IMG/VR virus record: IMGVR_UViG_3300033067_000852
Coordinates: 1 to 40,174 of that record
Source: a virus
Lineage: Duplodnaviria; Caudoviricetes
Strand: one strand, 5' to 3'
Length of the DNA stretch: 40,174 nt
A program made the translations under genes and the position numbers. Positions 40,104 through 40,174 of this stretch are shown here, one piece after another (positions within the stretch are counted from its first letter, which is position 1; the number at the start of each line of letters is the position of its first letter). The notes beneath the pieces are model-generated. The model saw only the letters and a program-made list of their open reading frames with translations, made no database searches and was not told the DNA's origin.

Positions 40104-40174
40104 GCCGCACCGCCTTCCGACGGCTCTTCTTCTCTGCATGGCATCAGCAGGCCGTCGATCGCAGGACCAACCTC
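40098..40174 (+). repeat. 77-bp exact direct repeat, copy 2 (contig end; probable assembly k-mer overlap)
   Basis: Identical to 670-746; 77 is a standard de Bruijn assembler k-mer length. Confidence 0.97.

Noticed and set aside
40098-40174. 77-bp repeat as a biological terminal repeat or att site
   Set aside because: The length equals a common k-mer, it ends at the contig end in mid-gene, and no integrase is present.
1-40174. Genome-wide stop codon reassignment
   Set aside because: Core genes are intact in code 11 and TGA/TAA/TAG all serve as stops, many in ATGA/GTGA overlaps; only one internal TGA was seen.

Overview
This window is a near-complete, GC-rich tailed dsDNA phage genome with HK97-type head genes and siphovirus-like tail genes. 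The last 77 bp (40098-40174) exactly repeat 670-746. The contig therefore reads as a 39,428-bp circle (670-40097) plus an alternative branch (1-669), and the two paths diverge exactly at a gene start. Two gene arms diverge from a control region at about 2.9-3.6 kb and converge at about 25.9 kb. The + strand (3.6-25.9 kb) carries three large virion/carbohydrate-active-like genes, small membrane proteins, putative TerS, TerL, a portal-MuF fusion, prohead protease, major capsid, neck, tail tube, a short tape measure and Cys-rich tail-end genes. The - strand carries many small, tightly coupled early genes, YqaJ exonuclease/ERF/SSB, a replication initiator behind a structured attenuator-like leader, an SNF2-like helicase, an amino-methyltransferase, a Holliday junction resolvase and three HNH/EndoVII-type endonucleases. 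I recognise no integrase, repressor, DNA polymerase, endolysin, tRNA or CRISPR array. Protein styles suggest a Planctomycetota (Phycisphaerae-like) host; this is inference only. The most notable signals are: gene-boundary microhomologies and cassette swapping in the early arm, including an endonuclease cassette that replaced the core of a small gene; a tail tube protein with an apparently nested domain duplication; a pseudoknot/terminator switch upstream of the initiator; and no AGCT found anywhere by manual scan.
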